The notes under the pieces were generated by a model. It was not told the DNA's origin. It did not search any database and was given only the letters and a program-made list of their open reading frames with translations. From NCBI RefSeq assembly GCF_018350175.1, contig NC_058368.1:194062001-194126000 (forward strand): DNA of 64,000 bases, in the 5' to 3' direction. Source of the stretch: Felis catus (lineage: Eukaryota). Shown here in pieces: positions 26,767-39,619 of this stretch; positions within the stretch are counted from its first letter, which is position 1, and each line of letters begins with the position of its first letter. The position numbers and the translations under genes are program-made.

Positions 26767-28699
26767 CAAATGGAGGAGAGAAAAGGACATAAAAAGAGGC
26801 AAGATTTATATACCCCATTTAAGCTAGTAGAATGATAATGTAAGTAGACTATTAAGTTATTTATGTATAATACCCATTGTAACCATTAAAAACTCTATAC
26901 AAAGAAATAAACTAAAAAACAGTAGGGATAAATGAAACTGTAATTCCAAAAATATTCAATTCACCCACAAAAAGGTAGAAAAAAAAAGACCAATTACACA
27001 CCAAAAAATAAAATGGAAAATTAAGTCCTCTTACATCAGTAATTACATTAAATGAAAATGATCTAAATACACCAATTAAAAGATAGAGACTGACAGAGTG
27101 GATTAGAAAACATGACCCATCAGTATGTTAACTACAAGAAAATCACTTTAAGTATGATATAGGCAGGTTCATAGAAAGAGTGAAAAAGATATTATTCAAA
27201 TAATCAAAACAAGGAAGGAGTTACTATATTATGTTAATATCCAATAAAGTAGATTTTATCACAGAGAAAATTATCAGAGATCGAAAGGGATGTTATATAC
27301 CATAAAACTGTTAATATATCAAGAAGATACTGCAATCCAAATGTATATGCACTGAACAACAAAACTGCAAATACATAAAGCAAAAACAGAACTAAAAGAA
27401 AAATAGACAAATCTACAATTATAGCTGAAGACTTTAACATCCCTTTTTCAGCAATTGATAAAACAACTAGACAGAAAATCAGTAAGGATTTAGAAGGATC
27501 CAATACCATCAGTTAGCATGATCTAATCGATATTTATTGAACATTTCACCCCCCCAAAAAAAAAACCCACCAGAATACAAACTATTTTCAAGTGTCTAAG
27601 AACATATACTAAGAACATATACTGGGCCATAAAACCTCAGTAAGTTTTAATGAATTGAAATAATGACAGCGAAATCAAACCAGAAATTATTAACAAAAAG
27701 ATAAGAGCATCATCTTCAAACACCTGGAAACTAAATAGAATTTATCTAAATATTTCATATCAAAATAAGTCATGGGTCAAAGAGGAAGTCTTGAGAAATT
27801 TAAAAATACATAGAGATAAATGAAAAAATATATCGAAATGTGGTAGACATAGCTAATGTAGGGCAGAATTAAAGCATTAAATATACAAATGAGAAGAAAG
27901 GAAAACTCACATATCGATAATCTAAGCTCTCACCTCAGGATCCTAAAAAAGAATCACAAAATAAAGCCAAAACAAGGAGAAAGATGGAAACGATAAAGAG
28001 CAAAAATGAATGAAATTGAAAACAAAGTACCTACTTCATAATAACCACTAAAAAATAGTAATTATATCATCATTGTCTATCCAAGGCTATAGTCTTTTGT
28101 CCCACCTTCATTTCGAAAATACTTCTGAGAAGTTACTCAAAAATATGAATATTTATTGTTTATAAACTATATACAGATATTTTTCTACAAGTTTGCCCTG
28201 TACATGCTAAGAAGGAACAAAATTTAAACACATAAAAATAGATACAACTAATAGGCAATATGATTTGTTCATTCTTTTTCAATGGTTTGTCTTGGGCCCT
28301 TCAGTTTGGAAACCACTGATGGAACATCATCACTGACTAAGGGCTACCTGTTTCTTAAAGCTCAGCTGAAGTACCATAAGCTCTTGCTGATCACATCAGT
28401 CCCCAGGGAAAGCTCTCTTCTCTGAATGCCTATAGTAATTCTGACTGTGCCTCTTAATTTTATACATATACCATCCAAATGATAGTGATAACTGTATGTC
28501 TAATATGGTTCCTGATATAAATGTATTCCTCAAAAGCACATATTAAAAAGTACCTGTAAAAACCTGAGGATTTGAGTACTTGACAAAGAAATAAGGGAAA
28601 TAAAACATCAATCATTCTCACGAAGATAATACTTATCAATAATCTAGGGGTTGAGGAAATGGGGAATGGCGTGACTATTTCTTTTTCTCAGATGTTGAA

Positions 28700-28915
28700 G
28701 TAAGGGCCATAATCTGGCAGTCCATAAGCCAAATTCAGTCTACACATGTGGTATGTGTGCCCAGAACAGTGTTTTGAATTATTTTATGTAATTGCCTTTA
28801 TACTGGGCATGCACTCTTCTTGTTGGCTATAACTTCATCATTCCTAAATTTGATAATAGTTCAAATGTTTTTGCTTTCCAGTCCCCTGATGTAACTTGAC
28901 TTTGACAGTCCTCTG
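28700..28915. mobile_element. hAT-Charlie MER102-like remnant
   Basis: ctggcagtccataagccaaattcagtctacacatgtg...cttgactttgacagtcct. Confidence 0.5.
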
Positions 28916-29199
28916 GGAGTATTTACACTTCCTAGGTCAACATACTAAAGTACAAAGAGTAGTAATCTAAGAATCCGAAGACCTGGGTTCTAAGCTTGGA
29001 TTGCCAGGCTGTGTCCCATTGTTTCTCTACAACACAGATGCTTCAACTACAGAATGGTGATGGTAATTTCTGCCCAGTGCATCCCATTGAGCAAATGATA
29101 AGAATGGTTAAAAACTGTAAAACTACTGCACAAATATTAGAGTTATTATCAGATGACCTCTTAGTTCACTTCCTACTGTGAAATATTTTGTTTCTATGA

Positions 29200-29750
29200 T
29201 TCTAGAAAAACCATTGGTAATTATAACTTCCATTTCCTAACAAAGCCATCAGCCCCATAGCTGTGAATATAAATGGATATGCTATTTAGAGTTATGAAGA
29301 TAAAAATGTTAGAAATCCTTGACTGGTTTTCTGATAAAATTATAATTACAATACATGAAAGAACTGCATTGTGCATTATATGTTGGCATCTCAGGAAATT
29401 GTGTGATAGAGTTTGATGAGAGCCTGTCTGCAAGATTAATTGTAAATTGGCTTAGATATGAACACTGTCGTCAGGATTGAAAACTGTCAGAGAATATAAT
29501 GGCAAAACTGAAAAAGTGTGGCAGTGAGTGGCATCAGAGGCCTCACAGAGTTCAAAGTGTCTACAGGAGGGCTTTCTGAGATCATAGTTCAGCTCAATCT
29601 TATTACCATCTTCATTAACTACTCCAGAAAGGGGCTGTAGGTCTCCTTAGAGTAATTTGCACAGTGTGCTTAGTTGGGAGGGGTTGAAAACAAAGACATG
29701 CTAAATCACAATGAGGAATCAGACATGTTACAATGCAATTGTAGGCAGAC
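29200..29750 (+). mobile_element. CR1/L3 reverse-transcriptase remnant
   Basis: DNA resembles CR1 RT motifs: caatcttattaccatcttcattaactac (LFNIFINDL-like), aatttgcacagtgtgcttagttgggaggg (KFADDTKLGG-like). Confidence 0.55.
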
Positions 29751-30049
29751 TTCAGATTCTTCTGGCGACCTGGGCATTTGAGATTTCGACCACCAACAAC
29801 ACCTTTTCCTTCTGTCTACAGTATTTAAACCACATTCTGAATTCTTCCAGTTTCTCTATGAGGTCTTCCTTGATGACTTCAAAGAGAATCATTCTGTCCT
29901 CTGAAATTCTGTAGATTTTTCTCATCTTATATTATTTGCACTTAGAGAAATGAAACCAAATATTACTCCTCCCTACATTGTAAATCCTTGAGGCAGAGGA
30001 TAAGCTATTAATCCTTTACAAAGCTCTTAGTATCTAGCATGTTGGCCCA

Positions 30050-31300
30050 CTCACATTACTTTAGAATTTGGATCTGATTTTTGGCCCTGTCTCCACTATC
30101 CTCTTTCAAACCCTGTCTATATTTCTCTGAACTTACTGCCCCCTCCCCCAACTCTTTTAGTCTCCTCTGTTCTGTTAACTATGCCCTCCCAGTCTTCTTC
30201 AACAAGTGGCTACAAATCTTCCTGATATGCTTTCATGGTCATGTCATTCCTTTTCTTTGAAAATTGTGATGATTCTTCCTTGCCTACTGCATCATGAATG
30301 AACATCTTAGCTTGGTTCCTGACACTCCGTTTGATGTGTTCCCATCCTATTTTCCCACCTTATTTTCTTCTATTTATCCTCACCAAATGGTTCCTACCAA
30401 TTTTCTGCCCATCAAAACCGCCCCCTTTCCTTTTGATTGTACTACTGCCTCTCCGATCCTTTTTATATTCTCCAATTCCCCTGTTGATATATTCACCTTA
30501 CTTTGCTGCCATCCTATTTCATCTTTGGTTCATACTAAGATAACTGTGTACACTTGAGCTTCATTCTGATACTTCCCTCTTTCTCACCCTATCCTCCCAC
30601 ACCTGTCATGATGAAGTACCTCTGATTTTACCTTCTGATCATGTCTTGAATTGGTCAATTGCTTCACCTCTTTTGTTAATGCCATAGCAATCTGTCTCCT
30701 GAACTATATAATACATTCTTAGGTGGTGTCCCTCTCCCAGTAGCTTTCTTTTTCTGCAATGCAATCTAAACAAGTCACTTGTATGCTCAAGACCCTGCAG
30801 TTATTTCTGTCTACTCTAAAATCAAAATATATACTATAGCCTACCAAAGCCCTGCAAGGTTAGACATTATATCCACAGTTTTGTATTCTGTACCAGCCTA
30901 TCCAAAGGTCATGCTATTTCTTGATACCCTGGCCACTCTATCCTTCTTTCATTTCTTGAAACATACCATTTTTCCTTGACCTTCAGAGAATTTGACCACA
31001 CAGTATCCTTTATCTGCAATATCTCTCTTTTCTCCATCTTGTTAACCATAGGCCCATCCCCAGAGTCTCAATTCAAGCATAAATTCTCCGGAAGTATTTT
31101 TTTGAGGTTCCAGAGATGTTCTGCTGTATATTTTCATAACATCCTGTGCTTTTTTGCTGTAAACCATTCACTGTGTAATTTGACATTTACATGCATAATT
31201 ATGATCTCTTGTACTGTGGCTATATCACTTTATGAAGGCAATGCCTTTCTGGGTTTTGTATACTCTTGTATTCTCATCTCTTAACACAGTGGATTCAAAT
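30050..31300 (+). mobile_element. L2 fragments
   Basis: Pyrimidine-rich L2 3' region, aatctaaacaagtcacttgtatgctcaagaccctgcag, ttaacacagtg. Confidence 0.6.
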
Positions 31301-34300
31301 TTGATAGAATCATATACTGGCTGACGGACTTGAGAAAATTACTAGTTTCAGATCTCTCTTTTCCTATTTATAAATTAATATGTTGTTTATGGTTTAAATG
31401 CAAAATGTTAATAAAGTCCTCAGCATAATATCTAGCACATAATATACATTAGTGATACTATTTTAATTAAATCATGTTTGAAAAACCTGTCATTTTATTT
31501 AATAGATGTAGGCCATATTTCTCCTTTTCAAATATAATTTTGTATGGTCCCTGTGATACTTTGAGCAGAGAAAACCACCAGAAAGGAATGCTTATTTACC
31601 AATATTTTACAAGTAAGTCACTTACAGATTCTGCCATTGCCATCACCATGTTTAACCTCTTTTTCCATCTTACCTGCTACAGTGAATTTCCAAGCATATT
31701 AAAGTACAGTTTTATAAGTATATTTGGCACTAAAGAAAGGCACATTCATGGTAGGAGTGAAGGAGGTACTCACGGAATACCAGTAGGTCAACAAGAGTAT
31801 CATGTGACTAGTCCTGACTATAGTACGATTAACTCCCTGCATTCCCCTGAAAATAGTGATAAGTTTAAGGATGGTTGTGAGATGCAATGCAGGCCAATGA
31901 GAATGAAACCTTTCCCTGAGATTTATAGAAATGTACTCTTGATTTTCCCAAAAGGTATGAAGTCAACAGTTTATAGGGTCTAGAGTTTATGTATAGAAGA
32001 AGAACCAAAATATGAAAAAAGAGACCTTATTCTTGGTGACATTGGTGTGTTTTGAAACAAGCTATTCTTAAAACTACATATCCCCCAGGATTGTTCAGCT
32101 ACAAAAGCTACAAAAAACAATACATTTCCTTTTGAAAAAGAATGTAGTTATAATTGGGTCTGTCATTTGTAATGAAAGTAATTCTGAGAGACTCATGGCT
32201 TCAAAGAAAAGATGGAACTTAAGACAAATCTTAGAGATTGTCAAATGTTTAAAAAGGAATGAAGTCCAGGCAAAGGGAAAACAGGTCCAACACACAAAGA
32301 CATATAACAGCATCATGTGTTTGAACAGCTGCAAATAGAGGTTGATTCTTCAATGTAGAAGAAAAGAAACTGTTCAGTCTGTGAGCATGCCTGCTTTCTG
32401 AGAGCTAGAATCTCTCATAGTTCCTGCCACAGACTTTTCCCATAGTCAACTCAACAAATGTTAGTTAAATTAATACGCAAGTCAATTAATGGAAATGTGA
32501 AAAGAAAGACAGCAATGCCCAGAGGAAAGAATTCTAGGCGGAGTGAGGGGAAAAAAACTAATTTGTTCACACACTGTATGAAAAGATTGGAGAGAAAGAC
32601 TGACTCTAAAAGCTATCTCCTGGATAGTGTAAAAGTATTAGTGTCACAAAGCATGCAAATTAAAATTCTGCTGTAGACAGATAACATTGCATTACCCATT
32701 CAGTGTTTATTCTGAGACTAATAATGACTCTAGTGCAAAGAATGGTAATTAATTGGTACTGCTGATCCTGTCACACCACCTTTTCCTCCTATGTCCAGGG
32801 GCCCTACTAGAATGACAACATCCCAGAGTGGCAGGAGTGCTTAAGCTGCCTGGAGACCACCATCACCGTCAGTAACAAAACCAGGCATGAGACACTTGAC
32901 TGTTGAAATGCTTTTCCCTGCTCCTAGAATACTCTTCCTTCTCTTTACCTCATTTACCCATACCTATCTTGTGATATGCATTCAGTCATCATCAGCCTTC
33001 TCTGATAAGGTCAAAAGTTGTAATTTTATCTAGTTAATGAATTGGATTCATTTTGGCTTTACCTCTGGGCTATAAGCTCTGAGAATAGAGATTATATCAT
33101 ACATGTTTGTTTACTCACTCTTGTAGCTCTCTTAATACTGTCTAACACAGTGCTTCACAGTGGGTGCTCATAGTCTGCTCAATGAACTAGTCAACCTGTA
33201 TTAACTTATAAATTTCCTCTCTCCACTTCTGTTCTTCTTAACCTTCTTGACGTGCACGCGCTCTCTCTCTCTTTTTTCCCTAGGTTTAGAATATTGCTAT
33301 AGTAAAATATATAATTTTAGCAGAAGCAGAAAGAAAAAAAGAACAGATCTTGACTTCTAAAGGAGAAGACAAAAATAAATCGATAAATAAAGTAACTTCA
33401 AAGCGTGGTTCATTCTGTGAAGAAAATCAGGCTGATGGGATGGACCATGATAAGAGGGCTTCTTCAGACAGTATGGTCAGGGAAGACCTCCCCAAGGAAG
33501 TAACTTTAGAGCTGAGATTCAATTATGAGGGAAAAGTCACTATTGGTGAAGAGTCTAGAAAAAGGGTAATTCAACCAGAAGGAGCAGAGGTTTATTATCT
33601 ATTCCTATGCCCAGAGACAGACAACTAGAAGCTGGGGGTGGGAGGAGGGGCAAAACATGCTATTCAATAGGTAGCAAGACTCCTAGATTCCATTCAGTTC
33701 TAGAACTTGACCCAGATACTTAGCCTCTATGACTCTGTTTCTTCATCTGTAAAATGTTGTCTCTGTCCAAAAAGGAAAGAGAATATTATTTCTTTGACAT
33801 TTTTTCTGACTTTGCTGTGGTATGATTCTGCCATATCTGTAAGCTGGGTGTGTTGGCAATCCTGGTATTTTGACTGTATTTGATCTGTAGTCTTCCATGA
33901 TTTGGCCCCAGTTTACCTACTAAATTTATTTTCCTGCCATTTCCCTCAACATACCCTGTGCACCAAACTAAAGCCTTGTTTCCTGTACATAGCAAACACT
34001 TCCTTGAATGTATTGCCTTTGCTCTCTGAATAGAATACTTTTTCTCTCATCTCCAGAAATATAAGTCTTCTCTACCCTGGGGATGATGAAATACTTTTTC
34101 ACAACACCAGGAAGCCCTCCAAGATCTTACTAGTAACAAGTAACCTCTTACTTTTTAGACTTCCCTTGATACTTGTGCCTTTCTTCCAGCACTTTCAGCA
34201 TGCCTACCCCAAAGCAGAATTATTTGGGCTGATGTTTTCTGTTATAATGGACTCTGAGCCCCCTTAAAATCATCCATCACCTTCTCTATTGCCTTACACA

Positions 34301-34403
34301 TAACAGACACCAAATCACAATATACAAATGGAGATTTTTGTTGTAAGACTTGTTGGAAAAGAGCAAATTAACAAGGATTGGCCAAGAAGTTTTGTCTGTT
34401 ATC

Positions 34404-34850
34404 TTTTTTTATTATTATTGAAGTACAGTTGACATGCAATGTTATATTAATTTCAGGTATATAATATATTGATTTGACAATCCCTGTAAGTTACTCAGTA
34501 CTTACCATGAGAAGTATAGTCACCATTTGTCACCATACAATGTTATTATAGTATTATTGACAATATACCCAAGCTGTAATTTTCCTCTTATGACTTATTT
34601 TATAACTGGAAGTTTGTACCTCTAAAATCTCCTTTATTATACCCATCCCTTCACCCACCTCCCCTGCTGTAATCACCAATTGTTCTCTGTATTTAAGAGT
34701 CTGGTTTTTGGAGGCTTTTTGTTGTTGCTCATTTGTTTTGTTCTTTTGCATTCCACATATAAGTTAAATCATATGGTATTTGTCTTCCTCTGCTTGACTT
34801 ATTTCACTTAGCATAACATGTTCTACATCCATCCATGTTGTCACAAATGG
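34404..34850 (-). mobile_element. 5'-truncated carnivore L1 3' end
   Basis: ttattgaagtacagttgacatgcaatgttatatt...atttcacttagcataac...ccatgttgtcacaaatgg. Confidence 0.92.
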
Positions 34851-36379
34851 GTTTCTTGAATGACTAGCTATCATTGATTTGAAAGAAAGGATTTATTTTC
34901 AATTAGTAATGCCTTCCCTGGGTGTGGGAGAAAAAAGTTGCAGTATATATGCTTTGAATCCACTATGTTTGAATTACAGAGGTTTTCCCAGATGAGAGGG
35001 AAGGAACAAAACAAATAGCCAACATTTTAGGTATGAAGCAAAGACTACTCTGTTTACTACCTGGATAATAAGAGAGTTCTTAGTAATACCATTTGCTTTG
35101 AATTTTTGCATGACAAGCTGAGTGCCATACTTATGATTGTGATCTCCCACCAAAGTTCTGTTGATATGATTGACTGGCAAGGTCTAGTTCTGGTAAGCAT
35201 TATTCAATTCAAATAACCATATTTTGAAGATCTTCTAAGTGCAGGATACTGTGCTATCTCTTGAGGGCAATGGTGTTCTGTTCTTTCAAATTGCCATTTC
35301 TGATCATGCCTGTGCCTGTGGCAGCAATGAAACCATTGAATTCCTTATCACAAATGGTCTTAAAAGTATATAAATTGGGTGGCTATTATACAAAACCATC
35401 CTCCTTGCCATCTGTGAATATTAAGCCATTAGAGATTTGCTCACACCTCTACCTCCTGGTAAAAGCACATGTTCTCAAGATGGAATAACAACAATGTCAG
35501 TGGATAGGCAGTAGCCCATCCTTTACAAAGCCTTTTGACTTCTATTATTTAATCTATTCTTATGATCGATGCATTATGAAGTAGAAAAGACAAAAAGTCT
35601 AATCATGTTACAGAAAGGGAAACTGAGGCTTACTTCTGTTCATTTATTGACCCAGGATCTTTTCCCCAAGGAATTATCAGGCTGAAATTAGATCCCAGAT
35701 CACCTATTTCTAGTGATTTTTCCTTCTACATAAAATGGTGTACACATGCTATCTTTGACGTTCTCACTTTTAGGGGTGGATCAGATCAATTATGTGTATC
35801 TTTTGAAAAGGAAAGAAATATTGAGGGCCTAATGGAGATGTGGGAAAGATAGATGATAGAAAAGAGATAGGGGCACCCAAGTGAATCAAAGGAATACAGG
35901 AAATAAATCCCATGATAAGGCCTGATGTTCCTGTGAAATGCCAGATAACATTTAGCATCTCATAATTAGAAGGGCAGGAGCCCTGCTGTAGGTTCCTTGA
36001 AACATACCAACAGCCCATTGTTGGATGTGGAACTCATCTACTTCTCTCTAGAAATACACGCTTCTCTCTACTCTACACTACCAAAATTTTTTAAATTAAA
36101 CATTTTATTTTGAGATAATCAGATTCACAAGAAGTTTCAAAAAAAAATAATACAGGAAGCTTTTATGTACTATTTACTCAATTTACCCTGAAGGTAACAC
36201 TTTGGAAAACTATAGTACAATTTCACAACCTTTATATTGGCATTGATACATTCAAGATATGTTTGGCACTTCAAGGATCATGTTGTCCTTTTATAGCCCA
36301 CTTCCCACTTGATGCCCATCCTGAACCCACCAATTTGTTGTCCATTTCTGTACATTTTCATTACAATAATTCTATATCA

Positions 36380-36586
36380 GGGGCACCTGGGTGGCTCAGT
36401 TGGTTAAGTGTCTAACTCTTGATTTCAGCTTAGGTCATGATTTCATGGTTGGTGGGATTGATCCCCATGTCGGACTCTACACTGACAGTGTGGAGCCTGC
36501 TTGGAGTTCTCTCTCTCCCTCTCTCTCTCTATGCTCCTCCCCCACTCACCTACCCATGTACTCTCTCTTTCTCAAAATAAATAGAA
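36380..36586 (+). mobile_element. CanSINE
   Basis: ggggcacctgggtggctcagttggttaag; degenerate TSD aatt(c/t)tatat. Confidence 0.94.
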
Positions 36587-36719
36587 AAGAATTTTATATG
36601 AGTGGAATCACACAGTATGTAGCACTTTGCAGATGCCTTTTTCTTACTCAGAATGAATCTCTTAAGATTAATTTATATTGTCACAAGGTCACATAACTCA
36701 TAACTCACTAGTTCCTTTT

Positions 36720-36721
<2 letters not shown>

Positions 36722-36761
<40 letters not shown>
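36722..36761. repeat. poly(T)40
   Basis: Homopolymer run. Confidence 0.95.
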
Positions 36762-36764
<3 letters not shown>

Positions 36765-37699
36765 GAGCAGTATTCCAAAGAATGGGTATACCACACTTTA
36801 ACCACTCACCTGTTGAAGGGTGTTTGGGTTGTTTACAGTTTGGTACAATTATGAATAAAGCCTCCATAAACATTCATGTCCAGGTCTTTGTGTGAACACA
36901 AATTTTCCCTTCTCTGGGACCAATTACAGGGTTGTAATTGTTAGGTAGTAACATAGCTGCAGGTTTTATTTGTCAAGAAACTGACAAACTGTTTTCTGAG
37001 ACACTGTACCATTTTATGTTCTCACTGGTAATGTGGTCAAATAATCAAAGTTTTTTGGATTATCACAAGCATTCGGTTTCACTTTTTCATTTTTTTAATC
37101 TTAGATATTCTGCTGGATGTGTAGTGATCTTCCATTGTGGCTTTAATTTGCATTTCCTAAAAGGCTAATGACACTGAACATTTTTTTCAAATGCTTGTCA
37201 TCTGTTTATTCTCTTCTATAGAATGTGAATTCATATCTTTTGCCCATTTTCTGGTTTTATTATATGATTTTTTTAATGTTACATTTTAAGAGTTCTTCAT
37301 ATTTTATAGATAGTAGTCATTTGTCAGATGTAAGTTTTGTAAATCCTTTTCCTCTTCTGTATTTTGTCTTTTCATCTCTTAACACAGTCTTTCATAGAAC
37401 AAACATTTTTAATATTAATGAAATCCAATTTCTCATTTTTTTATGGATCGTGCTTTTAGTGTCAAATCAAAAGTCTTTGGCTAGACCTAGATCCTAAAGA
37501 TTTCATCTTGCATTTTTCTCACAAATGTTTATAGCTTTTACACTTTATATTTAAGTCTGTGATTCATTTTTTATGGCAGCTTCTTCTTATTACAGCAAAA
37601 ACAAACCATTTCCCCCAAAATAAACCAAAAAGAAAAGCAACAGTAAAAAACAAAATAATGATGCATATGTAGAATTAAGAAATTATGTGATTCGTTTCT

Positions 37700-37860
37700 A
37701 AATTTATTTATTTATTTTGAGAGAGTGTGAGCAAGTGTGGGAGAGGGGCAGAGAAGCAGTGGGGGTGGAAATCCCAAGCAGGCTCCTTGCTGCCGGTGCA
37801 GAGCCTGATAGGAGGCTCCATGCCATAAACCTTGAGATCATGACCTGAGCTGAAATCATT
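37700..37860 (-). mobile_element. 5'-truncated CanSINE, part of a composite insertion
   Basis: SINE body and tail present, head missing after tgagctgaaatca. Confidence 0.9.
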
Positions 37861-37920
37861 AGTCTGTGATTCATTTTAAGTTTACTCTCAGTATAAGGTA
37901 TGAGATTTAGGTTGATATGT

Positions 37921-37982
37921 ACATATACATACATACATACATATACATACATACATACATATACATACATACATACATATAC

Positions 37983-38016
<34 letters not shown>
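37921..38016. repeat. Compound (TACA)n/(TA)n microsatellite
   Basis: Direct inspection. Confidence 0.93.
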
Positions 38017-38022
<6 letters not shown>

Positions 38023-38074
38023 GTCTCACATATGTTCAGTTTTTCTAGAACTATTCTTTAAAATGAGTACTATT

Positions 38075-38279
38075 GCGACATCTGGGTGGTTCAGTCAGTT
38101 AAGCATTGGATCAGAACAGGTCATGATCTCTCAGTCTATGAGTTAGAGCCCCACATTGGGCTTTCTACTCTCAGTGTGGAGCCTGCTTCAGATCCTCTGT
38201 CTCCCTCTCTCTCTGCTCCTCCCTCACTCACATACTCTTTTTCTCTCTCCCTCAAAAATAAGTAAACATTTTCAAAATC
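38075..38279 (+). mobile_element. CanSINE
   Basis: catctgggtggttcagtcagttaagc...gagcctgcttcagatcctctg; actattgc on both sides. Confidence 0.9.
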
Positions 38280-38579
38280 AAATGACTATTGCTTCTGTCA
38301 CTTTGCTTTGTACCATTATCAAAAATGAGTCAGGCATATTTGTATACATTTATTTCTGGGTTCTTTATTCTGTTCCGTTAATCTTTGCATCTGTACATCC
38401 ACAGCTTTAATTACTGAGGCTATATATTAAATCTTGAAAGTAGACTGATCCCTCCCACATTATTCTTCTTTTCAAAATTGTGTTATCTCTTCTAATTCCT
38501 TTGCATTTCCTTATAATTATTTTAGAAAAAATTGCCTATATCTACAAAAAATCTTGCTGGGATTTTGAAAGGAATACAT

Positions 38580-38680
38580 ATATATGTGTGTGTGTGTGTG
38601 TATATATGTATATATAGACATGTATATATATACACACACACACACACATACACACACATATATATATACACATATATATA

Positions 38681-38724
<44 letters not shown>
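38580..38724. repeat. Compound (TG)n/(CA)n/(TA)n microsatellite
   Basis: Direct inspection. Confidence 0.95.
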
Positions 38725-38728
<4 letters not shown>

Positions 38729-39193
38729 AGAATTTTAAGAGAATTGACATCTTTTACTGTATTGAGTCTTTTAATCCATGAACATAATATGTGTATTTAT
38801 TAGGAATACCCTGATTTCTTTCATAAGCAGTTTTTCTTTTTCAGCATGCACGTTTTTCTACATGTAAAATATACATCCAAGTGTTTTGTTTTGAGTTATT
38901 ACAGATCATTCTTTTTTATAAGTTTTAATGTCCATGTGCTGGACATCAAAAGCATTCAGTCTTTTGTTGGTAAGAGATGCACTAGTTATAGGTATTGTTT
39001 TGCTTTTTTTGTGTGGAGATCTTTATCAAGTGAGAAAAATCCCTTCTATTCCTGTGTTTCTGAAAGGTTTGTGGTTTTTTGGTAAATCCTGAATGGATAT
39101 TGAATTTTGTCAAATGCTTTTTCTGGATTGATATGATTGTGTATTTTCCATCTTTAACCTGTTAATATGGTAGGTTACATTGATAGATTTTTT

Positions 39194-39571
39194 TGTCTTT
39201 ATTTAAATTCCAGTTAGTTAGCATATAGTGTAATATTAATTTCAGGTGTACAATATAATGATTCAACAATTCCATACATCACCCTGTGCTCATCACAACA
39301 GAAGTACTCCTTAATCCTCATCACCTATGTAACTCATTCTTATACCCACCTCCCTTCTTGTAATCATCAATTCTCTATAGTTAAGAATCTGTTTCTTGTT
39401 TTCTTCTCTCTTTTTTCCCCTTTACTCCTTTGTTTTGTTTCTTAAATTCCACATGAGTGAAATCATGGTATTTTGCTTCTGATGACTTAATTCATTTAGC
39501 ATAATATTCTGTAGTTCCATCCATGTTGTTGCAAATGGCAAGATTTCATTTTTTATGGCTGAGTAATATTC

Positions 39572-39619
<48 letters not shown>

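Larger units (their letters stand above)
23080..28030 (+). mobile_element. Ancient degenerate LINE-1 (ORF1, inter-ORF, ORF2 endonuclease region) split by a younger L1 and an MLT1 LTR
   Basis: ORF1-like TPRPTIVKF near 23675; ORF1 resumes at 25878; endonuclease-like DNA 27040-27700. Confidence 0.82.

Noticed and set aside
31474..31983. 169-aa ORF, the longest outside repeats
   Set aside because: No recognisable domain or coding-like composition; a minus-strand candidate exon (about 31674-31846) has stops in all three frames. BLASTP and RNA-seq would settle it.
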